14,943 nt of DNA from Candidatus Heimdallarchaeota archaeon (GTDB lineage Archaea; Asgardarchaeota; Heimdallarchaeia; Hodarchaeales; Hodarchaeaceae). This document shows, piece by piece, positions 1 to 8,936 of this stretch. Made by a program: the position numbers and the translations under genes. Location: the NCBI GenBank assembly GCA_019057635.1, contig DXJL01000038.1, forward strand, positions 1 to 14,943, read 5' to 3'. The notes under the pieces were generated by a model, which was not told the origin of the DNA, made no database searches, and saw nothing but the letters and a program-made list of their open reading frames with translations. Within the stretch, counting starts at the first letter, position 1. Each line of letters starts with the position of its first letter.

Positions 1-20
1 AAGACTATTAGGGTGCAATT

Positions 21-932
21 GTGGGAGTAGGCCCATCTGGTGGTATTCTAGGAGCATTTTTATTTCAGAAAGGCATAGAAGTTACTTTAATAGATATTTG
101 GAAGGATCACATTAAGGCAATTCAAAGAAACGGATTAAAAATAACTGGTGTTTCCGATTTAACTGTTAATTTTGATGCGGATCATCTAAAAACATCAATC
201 AAAGACCTTAGGGATACAGCTGTTGACATAGTATTTATCGCTACTAAGACCCCTTTTCTAAAAAGAGTTGTTGATGATTTAAAAGGAGTTATTCCAAACA
301 ATTCTCTAATCGTTAGCCACCAAAATGGGTTACACACAGAAAAGGTTATATCAGACGTATTTGGAGAAGAAAGGACATTTCGTGACGTCATAAATTACGC
401 TGGTAATATGATTGAACCAGGAAAGATAGATATGACCTTTTTTAATCCACCGAATTATGTTGGTGCAAATTCACCAAGTATGAAAGATACAGCTAATGCT
501 ATAGCTGAATTGATGAATTCACCAGATTTTGGTACCACATCTGTTGAAGATATTCAACCTGCTGTTTGGAAAAAAGTAATTTTAAATTCTGCTTTAGCTC
601 CAGTATGTGCAATTACAAGTCAAACAATGAAAGAAGCAATGGACTTTACAGACACAAACAACCTTGCAAGTGAAATAATTAAAGAGGGTATTGCAGTTAC
701 AAACGCCATAGGTATTTCATTTGGTCCGGATTTTCATAAGATTTGTATGGGATATTTATCCAAGGGGGGTCATCATAAGCCTTCAATGTTAATTGATATA
801 GAGAATCAAAATCCAACAGAGATTGATTATCTAAATGGAAAAATTGTGGAATTGGGCAAAAAACATAATATTCCTGTCCCATTCAATGAGGCGACTACCT
901 CTTATGTCCGTGCTTTAGAAACGAAATATTAA
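21..932 (+). CDS. panE: Ketopantoate (2-dehydropantoate 2-) reductase family protein; the true N-terminus probably lies at or before the window edge across a 1-nt frameshift
   Basis: Rossmann motif (AIV)GVGPSGG, then HQNGL, WKKVILN (catalytic Lys region), PSMLID and TEIDYLNG (catalytic Glu region); 303 aa is typical of PanE/ApbA. Confidence 0.85.
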   Translation: MGVGPSGGILGAFLFQKGIEVTLIDIWKDHIKAIQRNGLKITGVSDLTVNFDADHLKTSIKDLRDTAVDIVFIATKTPFLKRVVDDLKGVIPNNSLIVSHQNGLHTEKVISDVFGEERTFRDVINYAGNMIEPGKIDMTFFNPPNYVGANSPSMKDTANAIAELMNSPDFGTTSVEDIQPAVWKKVILNSALAPVCAITSQTMKEAMDFTDTNNLASEIIKEGIAVTNAIGISFGPDFHKICMGYLSKGGHHKPSMLIDIENQNPTEIDYLNGKIVELGKKHNIPVPFNEATTSYVRALETKY

Positions 933-969
933 AATGATTACTTCATAGAATTTGTTTATTCTTAAGAAA

Positions 970-1239
970 TTAGTAAGTATGATTAGATGACTTTTTCTCT
1001 TTAGTTCTAACCTCTCTTGGTCTTCGTGTATAGATTACACGAAAATTACTACATTCCACCTTAAAACATTCACTACAACCCTCCATCTCACTGGGAATCA
1101 CAGGTTCAACTCGTACTTCTTGATCCAATGATTCATATAATTCTACGTACTCGTTCACTCGATGCTCTTCAATAATAAATTTTCTTTCCCACCCCTTCTC
1201 CTCTAATGGTGATTTTCTTTTTGTATTGCTGTTTTTCAA
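970..1239 (-). CDS. Small hypothetical protein (89 aa) with GWERKF...ELYESL...CxxC...IYTR; last gene of the bzd operon
   Basis: TTG start with AGGA upstream, 32 bp downstream of bzdV on the same strand; protein-like composition; CSECFKVEC motif. Confidence 0.7.
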   Translation of the reverse strand: MKNSNTKRKSPLEEKGWERKFIIEEHRVNEYVELYESLDQEVRVEPVIPSEMEGCSECFKVECSNFRVIYTRRPREVRTKEKKSSNHTY

Positions 1240-1271
1240 ATATATCCTATCATTTTTATTGTCTATTATAT

Positions 1272-3797
1272 TTAAAAAAGATCATCCTCTAGATCTTCAT
1301 TGCCCTCTGGCATTCTCCCGAATTCTTGCATGAATTGTTGTAGTAATTCACTCTCTTTCTTAGTATACATGGGATCTTCCTCGTAACCAAAGTAGCTAGC
1401 TTTTGGGTTACTGATTAACTGCTCTTCTACCGCATATCGTAAATTTTGTGTTCCTTGAATGAGTATAATTTGTTTATTTTCGTCAAGAAGATGAAATGCG
1501 CCTTCGCTTTCAGGAATATTTAGCAAATTCTCTTTCAACAATTCAATCCATTTCTGAGGGGGAAAAGTTACAGATGATATCTGGAGCCTTAGATCACATC
1601 CTAAACATCGTTTTGCTTCTACAACAGCCATCTCTTCATTATAACCTAATTCTATCTCGTCAAAACCTTTTAAACGATCTGAGATTGGTAATTTTGGCAT
1701 TATAACGCGTTTCTTGTCGTAAAAATCGTCATCACGTCCAATCCACGGGTTAGAAGTCATGTCTTTCGTGAGATCTCCATCGATTTCACCAGTACCTCCT
1801 AAGTATTTATCAATTGAACGAGCAGCCTTTCGACCTAATTCAATTGCTTCAACAACAGAAATGGGTCCTTCTGTCACTTCTCCTCCTGCAAACACTCCTG
1901 GAGTGGAAGTTTCTAGTGTACTTTCACTAATTTGGATAAACCCTTCAGGAGAAATGTCTACCTCAACTTCCGTACTTAAAACCGATAAATCGATCTTTTG
2001 ACCGATTGCCATTATTATTATGTCAGTATCAACAGATAGTATCATTGTTTCATCAAAAGTAGGATTAAAATTTCCTTTGGTATCAAAAACACTAGTACAC
2101 TTAATTAACTCGACTCCAGTTACTTTTCCATCTTTTCCAAGTATTTTATTGGGTCCCCATGAACAATTGAGACCGATTCCTTCGTCTAATATTTCTTTAA
2201 TCTCCCATTCGTGAGCTGGCATCTCTTCTCTAGATTCTAAACAGACCACTTGGACTTTGTTTGCCCCTTGGCGAAGAGCAGTTAATGCTACATCCATTGC
2301 AACATTTCCTCCACCTATAACAAGGACATGATCTCCTACCTTAATTTCAGGATTTGAATTAACATCCTTTAGAAATTCTAATCCCCAAAGTACATTATCA
2401 TATTCTATTCCATCTATTCTCAACTTTTTTGCCTGTTGAGCTCCAATTGCTAGAAAAGTTGCCTCATATCCTTGGGATTCCAGATCCGCGAGAGTTAATT
2501 CCTTTCCAATAATCTCTTCAGTTTTTATTTCAATTCCCATGTTCAAAATATGTTCAAGGTCTTTCTGAAGAATTTCTCTTGGTAATCGGTATTTTGGTAT
2601 GCCGAAACTCAACATACCTCCCACATTTGCTTCAGCTTCAAATACCGTTAACGAATGGCCAGCTTTCGCTAAATAATAGGCAGCAGTGAGTCCAGCTGGG
2701 CCAGAACCTACAACTGCGATCTTTTTTCCTTTAGGGGGTATTGAAGTTTTTTGTGATTTCCATGCTCCTGAATCATGTTCTAGGGCAAAACGTTTGAGTG
2801 CACATATAGCAATAGGTTCGTTAATCTGACTCCGACGACAATTCTCCTCACATACATGAAAACAAATCCTTCCAAGCACTGAAGGGAATGGAGTTTTCTC
2901 ACGAATAACTGCCACGGCTTGATCATAATCTCTATTAGCTATATGGCGAATATAACGGGGAACATCCGCTTCTAAAGGGCAATTATCGCGACATGGGACG
3001 AGAGTACTTTCACGTTCAGCCCAAAGAATGTCTTTGTCCGATAATGCTCCTGTCGGACATACTTCTACACAAGCACCACAGAATTTACATCCTGATTCTT
3101 TTAATGTAGGTTTAATGCTCCCTACGATCGTTTCACCATCGGAAAAAACGAAGCCAAGTGCATCTACTCCCCTAACATCCCGACATATTCTTACACATCG
3201 GGTACAACCAATACAAAGCTCATAATTTCGAGTAAATAGAGGTTCATCCTCAAGTACATTAAATTCCTGGGGTATATAACGTGGCGTATCTTCTCTGATT
3301 CCAATGTATTCAGCAACTTTTTGCAATTCGCATCGTCCAAATTCTGGACAACATCGTTCTTCTACTGGAACATTTGTTGAACAAGGTTCACGACTACATC
3401 CTTTCTGTTGAGCACAAGTTAAACAGGCATGACGGTGTTTTGAGAGAATATTCTTCATTTTCTCTCTCCGATAATCTTTGATATCGGAGGTATCAGTCCA
3501 AATCTTCAAATTTTCTTCTGTCATTCTGTTACATGATGTTACTAGCTCTTCTTCTCCTTCTATTTTCACTATACAAAGTTGACACCCCTCATGTTCTTGC
3601 AAGGAATTATCATTTTTGTACTGTACCGTACCTTGGTACACAGATTCTACTGGTTTCATTCCTTGAGCAGATGATAAGTCAGGATGTGTACAAAGTCGTG
3701 GTATATAGATTTCAGAAACTTCTGCTGCTTCCAGTATTGATATTCCCTTTTCTACAGAAAAATCCACACCATTTATCGTGAGATTGACTTTTTCCAT
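1272..3797 (-). CDS. bzdV: BzdV-like NAD(P)H:ferredoxin oxidoreductase: NuoG-like [2Fe-2S]/[4Fe-4S] N-terminus, GltD/NfnB-like FAD/NAD(P) domain, C-terminal GIY-YIG-like domain
   Basis: IPRLC...GCQLC...TSC [2Fe-2S]; CIGCTRCVRIC and CKFCGACVEVCP 2x[4Fe-4S]; PCRDNCP/GRICFHVCEENC GltD clusters; GSGPAG FAD and GGGNVAMD NAD(P) motifs; EAKRCLGC; lies directly after bzdNOPQM. Confidence 0.85.
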   Translation of the reverse strand: MEKVNLTINGVDFSVEKGISILEAAEVSEIYIPRLCTHPDLSSAQGMKPVESVYQGTVQYKNDNSLQEHEGCQLCIVKIEGEEELVTSCNRMTEENLKIWTDTSDIKDYRREKMKNILSKHRHACLTCAQQKGCSREPCSTNVPVEERCCPEFGRCELQKVAEYIGIREDTPRYIPQEFNVLEDEPLFTRNYELCIGCTRCVRICRDVRGVDALGFVFSDGETIVGSIKPTLKESGCKFCGACVEVCPTGALSDKDILWAERESTLVPCRDNCPLEADVPRYIRHIANRDYDQAVAVIREKTPFPSVLGRICFHVCEENCRRSQINEPIAICALKRFALEHDSGAWKSQKTSIPPKGKKIAVVGSGPAGLTAAYYLAKAGHSLTVFEAEANVGGMLSFGIPKYRLPREILQKDLEHILNMGIEIKTEEIIGKELTLADLESQGYEATFLAIGAQQAKKLRIDGIEYDNVLWGLEFLKDVNSNPEIKVGDHVLVIGGGNVAMDVALTALRQGANKVQVVCLESREEMPAHEWEIKEILDEGIGLNCSWGPNKILGKDGKVTGVELIKCTSVFDTKGNFNPTFDETMILSVDTDIIIMAIGQKIDLSVLSTEVEVDISPEGFIQISESTLETSTPGVFAGGEVTEGPISVVEAIELGRKAARSIDKYLGGTGEIDGDLTKDMTSNPWIGRDDDFYDKKRVIMPKLPISDRLKGFDEIELGYNEEMAVVEAKRCLGCDLRLQISSVTFPPQKWIELLKENLLNIPESEGAFHLLDENKQIILIQGTQNLRYAVEEQLISNPKASYFGYEEDPMYTKKESELLQQFMQEFGRMPEGNEDLEDDLF

Positions 3798-3875
3798 TTC
3801 CTTTACTCCCAGAATAATAATTTCTTTCTCTGCTAGGTAGAAACATTGTTAAAATCATATTAATGAGGAAATATC

Positions 3876-4163
3876 TTACCATGAATGGGAAATAGCACCA
3901 GGTTCACAGCTTTGAACACAAGGCAGATTTATTGGTCCAGTAGTAGGTTTACAAGGGGCACAGGAATATTTAATTTTCTTTCGATGTTCATCAGTGACTC
4001 TTGCGACAAGTTCCTCTGCTAGAGGATCTAATTCGTTTTCAACTACCTCTAAAACTTTTTCAGGACAGGCTTCAACGCATCTAGTACACCCATCGCAGAG
4101 TTCGGTATCGATAGTAATATAAAATTCTCCTGAACCATCTTTATAGCCATAATTTGCTTTCAT
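3876..4163 (-). CDS. bzdM: 2x[4Fe-4S] ferredoxin, BzdM type (electron donor to benzoyl-CoA reductase)
   Basis: ANYGYKDGSGEFYITIDTE N-terminus, CDGCTRCVEACP and CAPC-x10-CVQSCEP, ending AISHSW; directly downstream of bzdQ. Confidence 0.85.
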   Translation of the reverse strand: MKANYGYKDGSGEFYITIDTELCDGCTRCVEACPEKVLEVVENELDPLAEELVARVTDEHRKKIKYSCAPCKPTTGPINLPCVQSCEPGAISHSW

Positions 4164-4202
4164 CTTACACTCACTTCATTGAAAATAGTAATCAGCTTTA
4201 AA

Positions 4203-5081
4203 CTACTTTTTACTCGCCTTTTCGACCAAAGCTTTCCCAAATAAGGCACCACCAATTGCGCCTGCAAGTTGTGGATCAATACTCGGTTCTGGAGCTGTCA
4301 CTTTCAACTCCTTCTCAATTCGTGAAACGACACCAATATTCTTAGCAATTCCTCCAGTAATAGCAAAATCATCTTCTACACCAAGTCGTTCAAGAAGGGT
4401 TACTACACGATGTGCCATCGCTCCACAATAAGCAGCTAAGACATTATCTTTAGACCATCCTTTTCGCAATAAAGCTACCGCTTCAGATTTGGCAAAAACA
4501 ACACAAGTGCTACTCACTGGTTCTGGTTCTTCATCTACTAGTGACATCTGACCTACTTCATTAATATGTACCTGAAGAAGATCTGCAAACACTTCCATCC
4601 CTCTTCCAGTCCCCGCAGCACATTTATCATTCATTAGAAATGCAGTAACCTTACCACGGTGGTCACATCGTATTGCTTTACAATCTTGACCTCCCATGTC
4701 TAATACTGTACGGATAGTTGGTCCGTACATAAAGTTAGCACCACGTGCATGACACGCTATCTCCGTAATGGCTCTTTTTGCGAAAGGAACATTTACACGG
4801 CCATATCCAGTTCCGACAGCGTATTCTATGTTATCTAAGGGGAGTTCTGTACCATCTAATGCCCATTTCATTGACTTATTTGCGCTATCAGGACTATCAC
4901 TTCCAGTTCTCATATTGGCATAGCAATAAATTTCTCCATCCACCATTACAACTGATTGAGTACTAACTGACCCTACATCTACCCCAGCGGAAATTATCTC
5001 TCCATTTTTCCAATCTAGATCTGGATTGGTCCAACGTGATTCAGTCCATCTCCAATATTCTTTACTTTCTGAATTAGCCAA
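4203..5081 (-). CDS. bzdQ: Benzoyl-CoA reductase, Bzd type, ATP-binding activase subunit Q (alpha)
   Basis: ASKHA ATPase motifs GVDVGSVSTQ, TGYGR, DMGGQDCK, NDKCAAGTGRG, STCVVFAKSE; Trp-rich N-terminus (EYWRWTESRW); TTG start with GGAGG RBS inside the end of bzdP. Confidence 0.92.
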   Translation of the reverse strand: MANSESKEYWRWTESRWTNPDLDWKNGEIISAGVDVGSVSTQSVVMVDGEIYCYANMRTGSDSPDSANKSMKWALDGTELPLDNIEYAVGTGYGRVNVPFAKRAITEIACHARGANFMYGPTIRTVLDMGGQDCKAIRCDHRGKVTAFLMNDKCAAGTGRGMEVFADLLQVHINEVGQMSLVDEEPEPVSSTCVVFAKSEAVALLRKGWSKDNVLAAYCGAMAHRVVTLLERLGVEDDFAITGGIAKNIGVVSRIEKELKVTAPEPSIDPQLAGAIGGALFGKALVEKASKK

Positions 5082-5086
5082 TTATT

Positions 5087-5875
5087 TTATCCTCCATTCA
5101 TCGTATCTTGAGCTACGAGAGCAGCTCCATAAGCTGAAATAAATTCTGGCACAATTGGATCCTTAGGAATTAAAAGATCGAATCCTAGGTTTCGTTTCAT
5201 TGAATCAACAAACCCTATGTTGTTTGCTACACCTCCAACTAGAGCTACGTCTTTCTCAATCCCCACTCTACGAGTCATGCTAGTGATCCGATCAGCGATC
5301 GCATCATGAACTGCTCTTATAATATCTTCTCTCGGAGTATTTTGGTGAATTAAGGACACTACTTCTGATTCTGCGAAGATTGTACATTGTGCATTCATGG
5401 GTACTGCCTTTGTGGACTTTAAAGACATTTCTCCCATCTTTTCTAACTCTACTTCCAAAGCTCTCGCCATAGCTTCGGTGAATGCGCCCGCGCCAGCAGC
5501 ACATTTCTCATTTATTCCAAAATCAATTATTTTTCCGTTCTCATTTAAGCGAATTGCCCTTCCTTCTTCTGCACCTATATCGATCACAGTACGTACGGAA
5601 GGAAAAACTTTCGAGATTCCACGTGCACTTGCACTGATTTCAGTAACTGTATCGTTTGCAAAAGTAATAGCATCCATTCCAGCTCCTGTTGCAGTAATGT
5701 GTTTAATGTCCTCTCGAGTTATTTTAGCTTTATTCAATGCTTCATTTACTGCTTCTTCAGCAGAAGATTGTTGGTCAAACCCACTCAGAACCGAGGAGGT
5801 TGCAAGAATTTCACTACTCCTTAGAATCACTACTTTCGTATTTTTTGCTCCTAAATCAATTCCAATTACTGTCAT
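5087..5875 (-). CDS. bzdP: Benzoyl-CoA reductase, Bzd type, ATP-binding activase subunit P (delta)
   Basis: GIDLGAKNTK, IDIGAEEGR, NEKCAAGAGAF, NAQCTIFAESEVVS; 262 aa; GGTGA RBS; between bzdO and bzdQ. Confidence 0.9.
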   Translation of the reverse strand: MTVIGIDLGAKNTKVVILRSSEILATSSVLSGFDQQSSAEEAVNEALNKAKITREDIKHITATGAGMDAITFANDTVTEISASARGISKVFPSVRTVIDIGAEEGRAIRLNENGKIIDFGINEKCAAGAGAFTEAMARALEVELEKMGEMSLKSTKAVPMNAQCTIFAESEVVSLIHQNTPREDIIRAVHDAIADRITSMTRRVGIEKDVALVGGVANNIGFVDSMKRNLGFDLLIPKDPIVPEFISAYGAALVAQDTMNGG

Positions 5876-5890
5876 AAGAATTCACCATAT

Positions 5891-7207
5891 TTAATCTACT
5901 AACTTCTTCATTCCAAGGCTTTCCATGAATGCATCTATCCGAACCATTGTTCTTGTAAGATCGAATTCTCTTTCATCCCCCATATTCCCTTCAAATGGCA
6001 TTACTGGAAACCCAGCTTTCTGAATAGCCAAGCGATTTTCTGCAATTCCAAGGCTTAACCCTTCACAACCCCTATTAAAGTGCAAAAGAACTCCGTCAAG
6101 CTTCCATTCCCGTGCAATCCGAATCATCATTTCAGATTTCAATTGTGGGTGATAGAAATGCTGCCATTCAGGTTTACTTAAATTCCACTTTGCAAGAGCT
6201 CGTAAGGCTTCATCGCGATTTGTAATCTCAATTTCAGGAATAGCTTTTGGACCCCATGTCCCATCTTCCTTATCTTCCCACAATCCAATGAGTGAGAAAG
6301 TATAAAGACTTCCTATTGATACACAACCATATTTCTCCATATACCGGAAAACTTTAAGGAATGCCCATGGAGGTTGGGTATCGGTCATAATACGACATTG
6401 TTCGTTTTCTACAGCAGCAATTCCTCGTTCTACACGACTTTTAACTTCAGGATATAGCTCTTTCTCGTAGAAATCGGCAGTCCACTGTGAAGATTTTCTT
6501 AATGTACCTAGAACGTATAAAGCATACATTGTTTTTTCATCTAACGGTGCAGGTATTGTTTTATTAAGCTCACAAATAGCTGCCCAGTAATGACAACTCC
6601 GAAATTCGTTGTGAACTGCTTTGATGAGGAGTTCATCATCGTAGTCTCTACCAGTTTGTTTTTTGAGCCATTTTATTCCATCATGCATTTGTCCTACAAT
6701 ATAATTGATTCTACTTTCGGTTAGTTCTTCATAAGGGCCCACTGATACATCAATGCTAAACATGGGAATCCCTCCTTCAAGATCACTAGCAACCTGATAC
6801 CATTTAGCATGTGAGCAACATATGTGATCTTGCCACATAAAATCAGGCTTTGGAAATTCCTTTGAGAATTGTGGCCAGGCGTATTTGTTTAGAATAATCG
6901 ATCCCCAATAATTTCGCATATATGAACATAGATCTCTTGCATATCCTTTGGTTTCAATAGCTTCTTGACATTCTAAAGCTAATTCTTTATTAAAAGCAAC
7001 AGTTGCGCCATAAGGCTCCCCTGTTAAGCACCATACATCTTCACCCAATCCGGAAGGAATAGCATCGAAAGACCAAGCCCCTCCAGCCCAGCGTATTCCA
7101 CCCTTATCATGGGCTTCTGCGAAGTCTCTATAATAATTCTCACGTAGAGTCTTCGCTTTTCCCCAGCTTTTCAATCTCTCAAATGGGTATTTTGCTTTAC
7201 TCATCAT
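5891..7207 (-). CDS. bzdO: Benzoyl-CoA reductase, Bzd type, subunit O (beta; 2-hydroxyacyl-CoA dehydratase/HgdD fold)
   Basis: [70 protein letters not shown]; GGAGG RBS overlapping the bzdN stop. Confidence 0.93.
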   Translation of the reverse strand: MMSKAKYPFERLKSWGKAKTLRENYYRDFAEAHDKGGIRWAGGAWSFDAIPSGLGEDVWCLTGEPYGATVAFNKELALECQEAIETKGYARDLCSYMRNYWGSIILNKYAWPQFSKEFPKPDFMWQDHICCSHAKWYQVASDLEGGIPMFSIDVSVGPYEELTESRINYIVGQMHDGIKWLKKQTGRDYDDELLIKAVHNEFRSCHYWAAICELNKTIPAPLDEKTMYALYVLGTLRKSSQWTADFYEKELYPEVKSRVERGIAAVENEQCRIMTDTQPPWAFLKVFRYMEKYGCVSIGSLYTFSLIGLWEDKEDGTWGPKAIPEIEITNRDEALRALAKWNLSKPEWQHFYHPQLKSEMMIRIAREWKLDGVLLHFNRGCEGLSLGIAENRLAIQKAGFPVMPFEGNMGDEREFDLTRTMVRIDAFMESLGMKKLVD

Positions 7208-7215
7208 ATTTCCTC

Positions 7216-8367
7216 CTAAAATAAATCCTCCTCTCGTAATATTTCAAGAAATGCCTCGACGCGGGTTTTGAATTGACCAATTGGTACAGTAACATCAAAC
7301 TCAAGGAATAAAGTTGCAATTCCCTTATCTTCTAGTTTTTCTTTTATTGCGGGTGTATCCAATTCGTGTGGATCACAAAATTTCTGTTGAATTAAAATTG
7401 CGCCTTGTACATCATATTCTTTTGTTAGTTGTAAAATGTGATCAAGTCTAGTACGATTTGGCCAATCTTTGCTTGGACATGGCACACGTTTCACATATCG
7501 TTCTGCTATTGCGCTCATTAAATCTCTAGATGAACCTACTTCCTTTTGGAAATAGCGGGTACCTGTACAATGATCATCAGTTACAAAAGTTGCTCCTAGC
7601 GATTCAACCATTTTCATAAACTCTGTATCGTCATCTTCAGACCCTATGATAATTAGCCTTTCCCCAGGATCACCTATATCGCGTGAAGGTAGCTTTTGAA
7701 GAAGTAACTCCAACTCACGGTTATGTTCTTCCTTATCTATCATTTGACTTGATACTACCATATACATTGCTTCTAATCCTGTAAGAGGTGGGTTGGGTTC
7801 TTTTCTAAGCTCATACACTTGGTTCATCAAGCGTCGATTTTTGTTCATTAGTTCAATACCACTTTTTAAGTCCTTATCAGTGATAAGATGACCAATCCAT
7901 TTTTCTAGAGATTTTTTGAATTGAATCAACTCTTCTTTTAGGTAAGGAATAGCATGAGGACTCTGGACATGCATTGGATGAGGTAAATAGTAACTATAAT
8001 CTGTGGGAATATGGAGATCCCAGCTTGTATATGCCTGTCTAATGTGAAGACAGCTTTGAGCAATCATGATTCCATCTAGATAGTCAAAACGGCCTTTCAA
8101 TCCCTGTGCAAGGCAATCACGACAAAATGGACAGAACATCGCGAAAATGTGTGGTTCTGTAACATCCTGTGGTTCATGACTTCCTAAAATACGGACTGGA
8201 AGTATATTTGCGGCATAAAGAATCTCTTCGGGTACGTAGGTACAGAAATATCCTATCACCTTTCCCCCAGTGCGTTCTTTCCAAGCCTTTGCATACTCAT
8301 GGCGATTTTCGTACCAATCCTTGAATTGGTTGAAGGTTAAATTTTCTTCTTCTTGTACAAGTTGCAT
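7216..8367 (-). CDS. bzdN: Benzoyl-CoA reductase, Bzd type, subunit N (gamma)
   Basis: [67 protein letters not shown]; AGGTG RBS upstream. Confidence 0.93.
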   Translation of the reverse strand: MQLVQEEENLTFNQFKDWYENRHEYAKAWKERTGGKVIGYFCTYVPEEILYAANILPVRILGSHEPQDVTEPHIFAMFCPFCRDCLAQGLKGRFDYLDGIMIAQSCLHIRQAYTSWDLHIPTDYSYYLPHPMHVQSPHAIPYLKEELIQFKKSLEKWIGHLITDKDLKSGIELMNKNRRLMNQVYELRKEPNPPLTGLEAMYMVVSSQMIDKEEHNRELELLLQKLPSRDIGDPGERLIIIGSEDDDTEFMKMVESLGATFVTDDHCTGTRYFQKEVGSSRDLMSAIAERYVKRVPCPSKDWPNRTRLDHILQLTKEYDVQGAILIQQKFCDPHELDTPAIKEKLEDKGIATLFLEFDVTVPIGQFKTRVEAFLEILREEDLF

Positions 8368-8444
8368 GATTTAAACACCTTTAGATCAATAAATCCATCA
8401 TATACACATACTTTCCGTTTTATTCGGTTTGGTCATGTTTTCTT

Positions 8445-8894
8445 TCATAATTCCTTCATTAAAGTAATGTAGTCGCTTTTGGTCATTCCAAGTGTATGAA
8501 AAAATTCAAGTAAATCACTGGATGTCCACTCGACTGTTGTGTGAACAACTTTTATCCCTCGTGATTTGAAATCTTCTAGAAGCTTCTCTCCAAGTTTTTT
8601 TCCTACTCCCTTAGCAGTGTGCTTTGGATCAACTCCAAGAATCTCGATCCATCCTCCGTTTTCGATACCAAATAGCCAAGGATGGATTGTTCCAATCATA
8701 AATCCTATTACCTGCTCCTGAATTTCAGCAACAAGACCAATACTGTTGTTTTTAAGATAATGTTGGATTTCACTTTTCCACATTTCAGGTCGGGATATCC
8801 CTGAAATGAGCTCATCAAGTGAGGCAATTGAAGCGATGTCTGATTCTTTCAATTTCCTAATAGTGATTTCTTCCCATGGGTTCATAATAATCAT
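8445..8894 (-). CDS. GNAT-family acetyltransferase-fold protein (start uncertain)
   Basis: ITIRKLKESD first strand, LVAE..VIGF, WIEILGVDPKHTAKGVGKKL acyl-CoA pyrophosphate loop, LLEFFHTLG motif B. Confidence 0.85.
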   Translation of the reverse strand: MIIMNPWEEITIRKLKESDIASIASLDELISGISRPEMWKSEIQHYLKNNSIGLVAEIQEQVIGFMIGTIHPWLFGIENGGWIEILGVDPKHTAKGVGKKLGEKLLEDFKSRGIKVVHTTVEWTSSDLLEFFHTLGMTKSDYITLMKEL

Positions 8895-8936
8895 CTCTTG
8901 ATATTTTAGCCATTACTCCTTGGCCTGTCCTGATAC

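Noticed and set aside
182-882. Minus-strand ORFs 182..391 and 697..882
   Set aside because: Short antisense shadows inside panE with no recognisable motifs.
947-968. Short hairpin AGAAT/ATTCT and palindrome TTCTTAAGAA between convergent genes as a terminator
   Set aside because: AT-only and too short to separate from chance; no convincing stem plus U-tract.
1496-3781. Plus-strand ORFs 1496..1705, 1759..2001, 2020..2214, 3028..3225 and 3533..3781
   Set aside because: Antisense to the well-supported bzdV; composition typical of shadow frames.
4778-5894. ORFs 4778..4966 (+), 5304..5504 (-) and 5397..5894 (+)
   Set aside because: Alternate-frame or antisense overlaps of bzdQ/bzdP without independent motifs.
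4203-8367. Interpretation as a 2-hydroxyacyl-CoA dehydratase plus activator
   Set aside because: Two distinct activase subunits, Bzd-type N/O motifs, BzdM, BzdV and dch all point to benzoyl-CoA reductase.
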